From Carpediemonas membranifera BICM (Eukaryota; Protista; Fornicata): DNA of 64,000 nucleotides. This document shows, in pieces, positions 11,771 to 22,058 of this stretch. Location: assembly GCA_019828565.1 (NCBI GenBank), contig JAHDYR010000009.1, positions 186,001-250,000 on the forward strand, in the 5' to 3' direction. The translations under genes and the position numbers were made by a program. The notes under the pieces were generated by a model. The model made no database searches. It had not been told where the DNA came from and saw only the letters and a list, made by a program, of their open reading frames with translations. How positions within the stretch are numbered: position 1 is the first letter of the stretch; every line of letters starts with the position of its first letter.

Positions 11771-14700
11771 TTACTTGGCCCTTCCCAGGAATACATCCAG
11801 TGCTTCACAACCCTTGACATTCCCATATGGTTCCCATGTGTCCTCTGACGGCTCATATCCCAGCCATCTAACCCGGAACTTCCTGTCTCTCATCCTGGCC
11901 TCACTCGTCGACTCTAGTATGGACTCGACCAGATATTCACCGAGCGTGACTGCCGCGAGTTCCTGGGCCCGTTGCTCGGACAACTCACCCATAAAGGCGC
12001 GAACTCTCTCCGAGGCGACTTGGAACTCCTTCTTTGTGTTGACATCCTTGACGACATAGCCCACCGTGAGGTTCTGCCTCACGATAGGACGCACTAGCTT
12101 CATAGGCCCTCGCCATCCTGACGCCAACTTGGACGGCGGTCCATTCGGGTACTTGACCAACACATAGTCGGACGAGATAGGTGTCGTTGCTGACACTTTG
12201 TCTAGCGCATCTTGGTGCATGACCTTGATTCTCGCCTCTGCCAAGTCTCGGGCTAACTGAGCTGCTTGAACATTACTGCTGGGCTGTCCAGCCATACTCT
12301 GGACGTCTGCCATCATCACGTCTGCCGGGACACGGAAATCGCTACCGAAGATGACCTCGGCCGGTGTTAAGCGTGTCGCGGTGTGGGGAGACGCGTTGAC
12401 GATATACTGCGCGACAGGGAGGGAGTCTGACCACAACTCGCTCCGAAGCTGGTATTGCCTGTTGCGTAAAATGCGCTCAATGCGGCTGTTCGCCCGTTCC
12501 ACAATGCCGTTTGACTGTGGATGGTACGGGGTGGTGACGTGAGTAGCAAACCCTACGCGCACCGATAGATCTGTGAATAGCTTGTTGACGAACTGCTTGC
12601 CACCGTCTGTCTGTAGAACTCTGGGCACGCCGTACCGGAGAATCCATCCGTTGACGAAGGCAGTCACAGCTTCGTCCGCCCTTGTGGACTTGAGTGGGAC
12701 GAGCTCGGTCCACCGCGAGGCCATATCAATAATAACTAAGATGAACTTGTACCCGCGAGACTCTGGTAGGGGGCCAATAGTATCCATGGCTACCCGCTGG
12801 AACGGTCGCAGGCTCGCCGTGTGGAGGTACGGTCTGGACGCCTCGGCCGGCTTGGCGGTAAGTTGGCACACGGGGCAACGATCCATGACCCGCGCTACCC
12901 TATCCACTGGAGCCCGGAGCCCGTTAGATCTCAGCCACTCTACCGTCGTATAAACCGGGAGGTGGGCCTGGCCGTGCATATGAGCTGCCTGGATCTCGTC
13001 ATCGGTAGCTGTTGCCTGTCTGGCAGTTGCGGAGAAGACTCGACTCAGCCCGTCCGCCGCTCCGTTGTCAACCCCGGCCACATGCTTCACTGTGAAGTCT
13101 AGGTCTGCGATTGACTCGTACCAACGCTGGACTTTTGCGTTAGACGATCGTGACATGTAGACCAGGTTCCGGTGGTCAGTGAGGAGAGTAAACGACGTCC
13201 AGCACAGGAAACGGCGCCACCTCTGGAGGGCGGTGACAATCGCATACGCTTCCTGTTCGATCGTGCTCCAACGCGTCTGCACATCTGAGAACGCGTGGGA
13301 CATATAACACACCGGCTTGCCGTCCTGGAGGAGAACACCCCCGATCCCGAGATCAGACGCGTCTGTCATGACCACATGATCCTTCGAAACGTCAAAGTGC
13401 TCGAGTGCCGGTGCGTGGCAGAGGCGGTCCTTAACCTTGGCCAGCGCCTCTGCCTGAGGTAATCCGTCCGGAGCCTCCTTGCCGCTTGCCGCCCGGGCTA
13501 ACGGTCGGATAAGCTCGGAGAAGTTAGGAACAAAGTCTCTCATAAAGTTGAGGAATCCCATAAGGGCCTGCGTGGCCTTCTTCGTCTTCGGTAGCCGCAG
13601 GCCTTCTACATCGCGGATCCTGTCTGGAGCAATCCGGAAACCCGAGCCGGACACAACCCATCCTAGGAACTCCACTTCGGCTAGGCCGAAATGCGACTTC
13701 TCCTTGTTCAACGATAGCTTGAGCTCGTCACATCGGCGGAGCACCTTAGCGAGGTTGGCCAGATATTCCTGCTCCGAGCGTCCAAAGATGATAATGTCAT
13801 CTATATATATAATGCAGGCGTCGCCTAAGAGGTCCTGGAACCCGCGCTCAATCGCGTACTGAAAGTGCGCGCCAGCGTTCTTCAGGCCGAACGGCATTCC
13901 GGTGTATTGGAACTTCCCACGGGGGGTCATAAACGCCGTGTATTGCCTAGAACGCTCGGTCAGCTCGACCTGGTGATACCCTTTCGAGAGGTCGAGAGTG
14001 GCGAAGACCTTGGCACCAGCAAGCCTGGTCAAGCACGTGTTAACCTCGGGGATCGGATAGTCGAATGGCGTGGTCAAATCGTTGATTCTGCGGAAGTCGA
14101 CGACCATCCTGGTCTTGTCCTTGCCCTTGGGGACGAGCAATGCTGGAGAAGAGTATGGCGAGAAGCTGGCCTCGATGTATTTCTTCGACAGTAGTTCGTT
14201 GACGTGCTCGTCGAACAGGCCCTGCTTCTGGTACGGTATGTAATTGGATCTCGTGGCGACGACGCGGTCCTCCTTGAGTACGAGGTCGTATGGCTCTAAT
14301 GCTGAGAACCCTTCTCGAGCATCAAAGCAATGAGCATAAGCTGCGAGGATGCGGTCATGAGTGAGAGTGTAGTCCGAAGACAGAGTATACGCCTGGAGCG
14401 GCTCAGGCTCTGGCACGAAAGGCTCCAAGGCGTCTTCATTGTCAGACTGAGACGGTTCACACAAGCTAGGGAGAATACCCCACTCGACCATGGTCTGATA
14501 TGACAAGAGGAGATCATAAGCACAGTCAACCCCATACGCGGAGACTGTGGTGGATAGACCTTTCGGGGTGAAAGGTGACTTACACATCTTCAACGGCACC
14601 TCATAACACGTATCAGTCTCGATCGTTCCACCCGGAGTCTTGATCTTAATGGGTGCAGCGAGCTTCGTCGGAATGAGCTCGGCCGCTCTGGCGGAAGCCG

Positions 14701-15733
14701 GGTTGACAAGAGAAATGTCAGCACCACAGTCGAATAAGACACGGTGCCATGTGGTAGATTCGTCGCTACCCATAGGGACGACGGCACTCACGACGGGTAG
14801 GGAGCGCTGGCCTTCAGCCGCCGACGTAGAAACAGAGACAGAGAAGCATGATCTGGGGTTTACCTGACAGAACTTGTCTAGGTGCCCCGACTTGCCGCAC
14901 TTCGCGCACACGGCCTTCTCTCTGGTGCATTCGAAAGCGCGGTGGTTCGGCCTGCCGCAGTTAAAGCATACGATGTCTCGCTGGTGACCGTGGTGTTGCG
15001 TCTGCTGCTGACGCTGACCGTGACGTTGGCCTTGCTGGTGGAAGTGCGTCTGATACTGGCGGGGCTGGTGTTGCTGCCGCTTGTCTTGGCGCGGCTGATC
15101 CTGAGGCTCGCGCTGCTCACGCGGGGGGCGTTTGCGGACAGCGGACTGCTTAGAGCGTTCGCGCTCTTGAGCAGGGGCAGGCTTGGACGTTGAAGTGAGC
15201 TTGATTGCTTCCTCCAGACGCTTACATGTCAGGAGGGCGGTCGAAAAGGTCGCGTCAAGTGACAGACCCTTGGAGGCGTGAGAAACCTCCTCTCTGAGCG
15301 TTTCGTCTTGGATTCCGCGCAAAAACTGGCCGCGAAGGACTGAATCCTTGCCCGTGGGTGCAATGAGACGGCGGCGGGAAGCGAAGCGGTCGATATAGAG
15401 AGATAGGCGGCCAATATCGATACCAGTGGTCGATAGGTCGAAAAGGCGGCGCTCAAGGATCGCATCGGAGGGCTTAACAATGTCCACAATCGCCTGGAAT
15501 ACGATGTCCTCGCGTTCGTGCTTCGTTCTTTTGGAGCCATCATCGTGATGTTTTGCGGCCTGATACTTTCTGGTAATATCAGTACCCATCGCCTTGCAGT
15601 ATGAGGTCACCGCGGGTCCGAGTCGCTTAAGCAAGCGCCTCTTTCCGCCCGCGCGAACATGCTTATCCAATTTCTCGGCAAATGAGAGGACTGCGTGAAT
15701 CTCAGGCTGTGTACATAAAGGTCCCTTATCCAT
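11771..15733 (-). CDS. Gag-Pol polyprotein of element 1 (Gag with 2 CCHC knuckles, protease, RT, RNase H, integrase, chromodomain)
   Basis: CFNCGRPNHRAFEC and CAKCGKSGHLDKFC; LFDCGAD; MPFGLKNA and YIDD; TDAS...EQEAYA; H-H-CPVC with MDTIGP, TDGG and VER; C-terminal EYLVESIL...VRWLGYEPSEDTWEP. First ATG after the LTR is at 15733 (MDKGP). Confidence 0.95.
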   Translation of the reverse strand: MDKGPLCTQPEIHAVLSFAEKLDKHVRAGGKRRLLKRLGPAVTSYCKAMGTDITRKYQAAKHHDDGSKRTKHEREDIVFQAIVDIVKPSDAILERRLFDLSTTGIDIGRLSLYIDRFASRRRLIAPTGKDSVLRGQFLRGIQDETLREEVSHASKGLSLDATFSTALLTCKRLEEAIKLTSTSKPAPAQERERSKQSAVRKRPPREQREPQDQPRQDKRQQHQPRQYQTHFHQQGQRHGQRQQQTQHHGHQRDIVCFNCGRPNHRAFECTREKAVCAKCGKSGHLDKFCQVNPRSCFSVSVSTSAAEGQRSLPVVSAVVPMGSDESTTWHRVLFDCGADISLVNPASARAAELIPTKLAAPIKIKTPGGTIETDTCYEVPLKMCKSPFTPKGLSTTVSAYGVDCAYDLLLSYQTMVEWGILPSLCEPSQSDNEDALEPFVPEPEPLQAYTLSSDYTLTHDRILAAYAHCFDAREGFSALEPYDLVLKEDRVVATRSNYIPYQKQGLFDEHVNELLSKKYIEASFSPYSSPALLVPKGKDKTRMVVDFRRINDLTTPFDYPIPEVNTCLTRLAGAKVFATLDLSKGYHQVELTERSRQYTAFMTPRGKFQYTGMPFGLKNAGAHFQYAIERGFQDLLGDACIIYIDDIIIFGRSEQEYLANLAKVLRRCDELKLSLNKEKSHFGLAEVEFLGWVVSGSGFRIAPDRIRDVEGLRLPKTKKATQALMGFLNFMRDFVPNFSELIRPLARAASGKEAPDGLPQAEALAKVKDRLCHAPALEHFDVSKDHVVMTDASDLGIGGVLLQDGKPVCYMSHAFSDVQTRWSTIEQEAYAIVTALQRWRRFLCWTSFTLLTDHRNLVYMSRSSNAKVQRWYESIADLDFTVKHVAGVDNGAADGLSRVFSATARQATATDDEIQAAHMHGQAHLPVYTTVEWLRSNGLRAPVDRVARVMDRCPVCQLTAKPAEASRPYLHTASLRPFQRVAMDTIGPLPESRGYKFILVIIDMASRWTELVPLKSTRADEAVTAFVNGWILRYGVPRVLQTDGGKQFVNKLFTDLSVRVGFATHVTTPYHPQSNGIVERANSRIERILRNRQYQLRSELWSDSLPVAQYIVNASPHTATRLTPAEVIFGSDFRVPADVMMADVQSMAGQPSSNVQAAQLARDLAEARIKVMHQDALDKVSATTPISSDYVLVKYPNGPPSKLASGWRGPMKLVRPIVRQNLTVGYVVKDVNTKKEFQVASERVRAFMGELSEQRAQELAAVTLGEYLVESILESTSEARMRDRKFRVRWLGYEPSEDTWEPYGNVKGCEALDVFLGRAK

Positions 15734-15753
15734 TAGTTTGGAAGTAAGCTTAC

Positions 15754-15861
15754 TGTGATCACTAAGGAAAAAGACTTTACAAAGAGAGCTCGACACAAGG
15801 GTGTCGAGCTGGACGGATCAAGACCGTATCAAATACGTATCTCATATATAAATGGCTGACA
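15754..15861 (-). repeat. Inferred 5' LTR of element 1 (~108 bp)
   Basis: TGT...ACA ends. Contains a TATA-like TTTATATA, a perfect 10-bp hairpin and TGTAAA. Followed by a 12-bp palindrome and the ATG, the same layout as element 2. The inner boundary is inferred because the partner LTR is missing. Confidence 0.65.
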
Positions 15862-18800
15862 CTTTCAAGTCTTGTGTTTCTGGGTGTCTGTGCGTTCTTG
15901 TTACGGTCTGGTGCTGCCGGGACATGCGAGGGAATTCTCTCGTCGGTCCCAGAAGCTCCACGCTCTGACTTGACCGCCCGATGCCTTCTCAATGGTTCTC
16001 CAGGTGCTCCAAAAGGGCATTTCTGCAACTCTGGACAACAATCCTCAACTTCTGTTTCTTCAATGCAAGAGCCAGAGTTTTTTGGATGACGCTTGAGTTA
16101 TACCAGTCACAGTCTGGCCCTTTCCTTGTGTGGAATCTTCGCGTGCGCTGGTCTACCGCAGTCAGGTGTTCGTCCAGCCCAGAGCGCGGGAATCATTGCG
16201 CAGGACGATGATGTGGCCTTATTGTACATATAGGCATTCAAAAACATATGAAGCACCTCCAATTATCAGTACAGCACGAGTTTTGTCGACTCTTCTTTTC
16301 CGAACAATTAGTTCTTTGCCAAATGAGGCCAGTACTTTGCTTCCCAGTGACCGACTGACTATCCTTTTTGATAAGATGCACTGACATCTGCTGCTGACAG
16401 GGACGTGCCCATGTCAAAACTTGCAGTTTGCTTGGGTTCGCCGAGAAACTTGCAACCAAAACTGATGATTTTCCTAATCAAACCTCTTTGATTGTTCTTG
16501 TCGTGATTTATTCTGCTAGTCTGCTGTTTCGGATTCTTCCTGACAGCCTGCTAGTTCTATTGACCGCTTTGTGCTCTTTCACCTTTTATGCTTTCAAGTC
16601 TTGTGTTTCTGGGTGTCTGTGCGTTCTTGTTACGGTCTGGTGCTGCCGGGACATGCGAGGGAATTCTCTCGTCGGTCCCAGAAGCTCCACGCTCTGACTT
16701 GACCGCCCGATGCCTTCTCAATGGTTCTCCAGGTGCTCCAAAAGGGCATTTCTGCAACTCTGGACAACAATCCTCAACTTCTGTTTCTTCAATGCAAGAG
16801 CCAGAGTTTTTTGGATGACGCTTGAGTTATACCAGTCACAGTCTGGCCCTTTCCTTGTGTGGAATCTTCGCGTGCGCTGGTCTACCGCAGTCAGGTGTTC
16901 GTCCAGCCCAGAGCGCGGGAATCATTGCGCAGGACGATGATGTGGCCTTATTGTACATATAGGCATTCAAAAACATATGAAGCACCTCCAATTATCAGTA
17001 CAGCACGAGTTTTGTCGACTCTTCTTTTCCGAACAATTAGTTCTTTTGCCAAATGAGGCCAGTACTTTGCTTCCCAGTGACCGACTGACTATCCTTTTTG
17101 ATAAGATGCACTGACATCTGCTGCTGACAGGGACGTGCCCATGTCAAAACTTGCAGTTTGCTTGGGTTCGCCGAGAAACTTGCAACCAAAACTGATGATT
17201 TTCCTAATCAAACCTCTTTGATTGTTCTTGTCGTGATTTATTCTGCTAGTCTGCTGTTTCGGATTCTTCCTGACAGCCTGCTAGTTCTATTGACCGCTTT
17301 GTGCTCTTTCACCTTTTATGCTTTCAAGTCTTGTGTTTCTGGGTGTCTGTGCGTTCTTGTTACGGTCTGGTGCTGCCGGGACATGCGAGGGAATTCTCTC
17401 GTCGGTCCCAGAAGCTCCACGCTCTGACTTGACCGCCCGATGCCTTCTCAATGGTTCTCCAGGTGCTCCAAAAGGGCATTTCTGCAACTCTGGACAACAA
17501 TCCTCAACTTCTGTTTCTTCAATGCAAGAGCCAGAGTTTTTTGGATGACGCTTGAGTTATACCAGTCACAGTCTGGCCCTTTCCTTGTGTGGAATCTTCG
17601 CGTGCGCTGGTCTACCGCAGTCAGGTGTTCGTCCAGCCCAGAGCGCGGGAATCATTGCGCAGGACGATGATGTGGCCTTATTGTACATATAGGCATTCAA
17701 AAACATATGAAGCACCTCCAATTATCAGTACAGCACGAGTTTTGTCGACTCTTCTTTTCCGAACAATTAGTTCTTTTGCCAAATGAGGCCAGTACTTTGC
17801 TTCCCAGTGACCGACTGACTATCCTTTTTGATAAGATGCACTGACATCTGCTGCTGACAGGGACGTGCCCATGTCAAAACTTGCAGTTTGCTTGGGTTCG
17901 CCGAGAAACTTGCAACCAAAACTGATGATTTTCCTAATCAAACCTCTTTGATTGTTCTTGTCGTGATTTATTCTGCTAGTCTGCTGTTTCGGATTCTTCC
18001 TGACAGCCTGCTAGTTCTATTGACCGCTTTGTGCTCTTTAACCTTTTATGCTTTCAAGTCTTGTGTTTCTGGGTGTCTGTGCGTTCTTGTTACGGTCTGG
18101 TGCTGCCGGGACATGCGAGGGAATTCTCTCGTCGGTCCCAGAAGCTCCACGCTCTGACTTGACCGCCCGATGCCTTCTCAATGGTTCTCCAGGTGCTCCA
18201 AAAGGGCATTTCTGCAACTCTGGACAACAATCCTCAACTTCTGTTTCTTCAATGCAAGAGCCAGAGTTTTTTGGATGACGCTTGAGTTATACCAGTCACA
18301 GTCTGGCCCTTTCCTTGTGTGGAATCTTCGCGTGCGCTGGTCTACCGCAGTCAGGTGTTCGTCCAGCCCAGAGCGCGGGAATCATTGCGCAGGACGATGA
18401 TGTGGCCTTATTGTACATATAGGCATTCAAAAACATATGAAGCACCTCCAATTATCAGTACAGCACGAGTTTTGTCGACTCTTCTTTTCCGAACAATTAG
18501 TTCTTTGCCAAATGAGGCCAGTACTTTGCTTCCCAGTGACCGACTGACTATCCTTTTTGATAAGATGCACTGACATCTGCTGCTGACAGGGACGTGCCCA
18601 TGTCAAAACTTGCAGTTTGCTTGGGTTCGCCGAGAAACTTGCAACCAAAACTGATGATTTTCCTAATCAAACCTCTTTGATTGTTCTTGTCGTGATTTAT
18701 TCTGCTAGTCTGCTGTTTCGGATTCTTCCTGACAGCCTGCTAGTTCTATTGACCGCTTTGTGCTCTTTCACCTTTTATGCTTTCAAGTCTTGTGTTTCTG

Positions 18801-21800
18801 GGTGTCTGTGCGTTCTTGTTACGGTCTGGTGCTGCCGGGACATGCGAGGGAATTCTCTCGTCGGTCCCAGAAGCTCCACGCTCTGACTTGACCGCCCGAT
18901 GCCTTCTCAATGGTTCTCCAGGTGCTCCAAAAGGGCATTTCTGCAACTCTGGACAACAATCCTCAACTTCTGTTTCTTCAATGCAAGAGCCAGAGTTTTT
19001 TGGATGACGCTTGAGTTATACCAGTCACAGTCTGGCCCTTTCCTTGTGTGGAATCTTCGCGTGCGCTGGTCTACCGCAGTCAGGTGTTCGTCCAGCCCAG
19101 AGCGCGGGAATCATTGCGCAGGACGATGATGTGGCCTTATTGTACATATAGGCATTCAAAAACATATGAAGCACCTCCAATTATCAGTACAGCACGAGTT
19201 TTGTCGACTCTTCTTTTCCGAACAATTAGTTCTTTTGCCAAATGAGGCCAGTACTTTGCTTCCCAGTGACCGACTGACTATCCTTTTTGATAAGATGCAC
19301 TGACATCTGCTGCTGACAGGGACGTGCCCATGTCAAAACTTGCAGTTTGCTTGGGTTCGCCGAGAAACTTGCAACCAAAACTGATGATTTTCCTAATCAA
19401 ACCTCTTTGATTGTTCTTGTCGTGATTTATTCTGCTAGTCTGCTGTTTCGGATTCTTCCTGACAGCCTGCTAGTTCTATTGACCGCTTTGTGCTCTTTCA
19501 CCTTTTATGCTTTCAAGTCTTGTGTTTCTGGGTGTCTGTGCGTTCTTGTTACGGTCTGGTGCTGCCGGGACATGCGAGGGAATTCTCTCGTCGGTCCCAG
19601 AAGCTCCACGCTCTGACTTGACCGCCCGATGCCTTCTCAATGGTTCTCCAGGTGCTCCAAAAGGGCATTTCTGCAACTCTGGACAACAATCCTCAACTTC
19701 TGTTTCTTCAATGCAAGAGCCAGAGTTTTTTGGATGACGCTTGAGTTATACCAGTCACAGTCTGGCCCTTTCCTTGTGTGGAATCTTCGCGTGCGCTGGT
19801 CTACCGCAGTCAGGTGTTCGTCCAGCCCAGAGCGCGGGAATCATTGCGCAGGACGATGATGTGGCCTTATTGTACATATAGGCATTCAAAAACATATGAA
19901 GCACCTCCAATTATCAGTACAGCACGAGTTTTGTCGACTCTTCTTTTCCGAACAATTAGTTCTTTGCCAAATGAGGCCAGTACTTTGCTTCCCAGTGACC
20001 GACTGACTATCCTTTTTGATAAGATGCACTGACATCTGCTGCTGACAGGGACGTGCCCATGTCAAAACTTGCAGTTTGCTTGGGTTCGCCGAGAAACTTG
20101 CAACCAAAACTGATGATTTTCCTAATCAAACCTCTTTGATTGTTCTTGTCGTGATTTATTCTGCTAGTCTGCTGTTTCGGATTCTTCCTGACAGCCTGCT
20201 AGTTCTATTGACCGCTTTGTGCTCTTTCACCTTTTATGCTTTCAAGTCTTGTGTTTCTGGGTGTCTGTGCGTTCTTGTTACGGTCTGGTGCTGCCGGGAC
20301 ATGCGAGGGAATTCTCTCGTCGGTCCCAGAAGCTCCACGCTCTGACTTGACCGCCCGATGCCTTCTCAATGGTTCTCCAGGTGCTCCAAAAGGGCATTTC
20401 TGCAACTCTGGACAACAATCCTCAACTTCTGTTTCTTCAATGCAAGAGCCAGAGTTTTTTGGATGACGCTTGAGTTATACCAGTCACAGTCTGGCCCTTT
20501 CCTTGTGTGGAATCTTCGCGTGCGCTGGTCTACCGCAGTCAGGTGTTCGTCCAGCCCAGAGCGCGGGAATCATTGCGCAGGACGATGATGTGGCCTTATT
20601 GTACATATAGGCATTCAAAAACATATGAAGCACCTCCAATTATCAGTACAGCACGAGTTTTGTCGACTCTTCTTTTCCGAACAATTAGTTCTTTTGCCAA
20701 ATGAGGCCAGTACTTTGCTTCCCAGTGACCGACTGACTATCCTTTTTGATAAGATGCACTGACATCTGCTGCTGACAGGGACGTGCCCATGTCAAAACTT
20801 GCAGTTTGCTTGGGTTCGCCGAGAAACTTGCAACCAAAACTGATGATTTTCCTAATCAAACCTCTTTGATTGTTCTTGTCGTGATTTATTCTGCTAGTCT
20901 GCTGTTTCGGATTCTTCCTGACAGCCTGCTAGTTCTATTGACCGCTTTGTGCTCTTTCACCTTTTATGCTTTCAAGTCTTGTGTTTCTGGGTGTCTGTGC
21001 GTTCTTGTTACGGTCTGGTGCTGCCGGGACATGCGAGGGAATTCTCTCGTCGGTCCCAGAAGCTCCACGCTCTGACTTGACCGCCCGATGCCTTCTCAAT
21101 GGTTCTCCAGGTGCTCCAAAAGGGCATTTCTGCAACTCTGGACAACAATCCTCAACTTCTGTTTCTTCAATGCAAGAGCCAGAGTTTTTTGGATGACGCT
21201 TGAGTTATACCAGTCACAGTCTGGCCCTTTCCTTGTGTGGAATCTTCGCGTGCGCTGGTCTACCGCAGTCAGGTGTTCGTCCAGCCCAGAGCGCGGGAAT
21301 CATTGCGCAGGACGATGATGTGGCCTTATTGTACATATAGGCATTCAAAAACATATGAAGCACCTCCAATTATCAGTACAGCACGAGTTTTGTCGACTCT
21401 TCTTTTCCGAACAATTAGTTCTTTTGCCAAATGAGGCCAGTACTTTGCTTCCCAGTGACCGACTGACTATCCTTTTTGATAAGATGCACTGACATCTGCT
21501 GCTGACAGGGACGTGCCCATGTCAAAACTTGCAGTTTGCTTGGGTTCGCCGAGAAACTTGCAACCAAAACTGATGATTTTCCTAATCAAACCTCTTTGAT
21601 TGTTCTTGTCGTGATTTATTCTGCTAGTCTGCTGTTTCGGATTCTTCCTGACAGCCTGCTAGTTCTATTGACCGCTTTGTGCTCTTTCACCTTTTATGCT
21701 TTCAAGTCTTGTGTTTCTGGGTGTCTGTGCGTTCTTGTTACGGTCTGGTGCTGCCGGGACATGCGAGGGAATTCTCTCGTCGGTCCCAGAAGCTCCACGC

Positions 21801-21986
21801 TCTGACTTGACCGCCCGATGCCTTCTCAATGGTTCTCCAGGTGCTCCAAAAGGGCATTTCTGCAACTCTGGACAACAATCCTCAACTTCTGTTTCTTCAA
21901 TGCAAGAGCCAGAGTTTTTTGGATGACGCTTGAGTTATACCAGTCACAGTCTGGCCCTTTCCTTGTGTGGAATCTTCGCGTGCGCT
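15862..21986. repeat. Tandem satellite array, ~730-bp unit, ~8.4 copies
   Basis: Same unit and orientation, period 729-730. Confidence 0.97.
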
Positions 21987-22056
21987 TGCGGCGGCAAACG
22001 GAATTCTCTTTACATAAACTGCACTGACTCGAGCGCCGTCGTGTGTTACCACAACA
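21987..22056 (-). repeat. 3' LTR of element 2 (70 bp)
   Basis: TGCGGCGGCAAACG...TTACCACAACA, identical to 26337-26406. Confidence 0.96.
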
Positions 22057-22058
22057 CT

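Larger units (their letters stand above)
9148..15861 (-). mobile_element. Ty3/gypsy chromovirus-type retrotransposon 1; 5' LTR present, 3' LTR not found, left boundary uncertain (9148 or ~11749)
   Basis: Full gag-pol ORF. Right terminus ...GGCTGACA (TGTCAGCC on the minus strand) abuts array sequence CTTTCAAG. No second copy of the terminal sequence is seen in the window. Confidence 0.85.
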
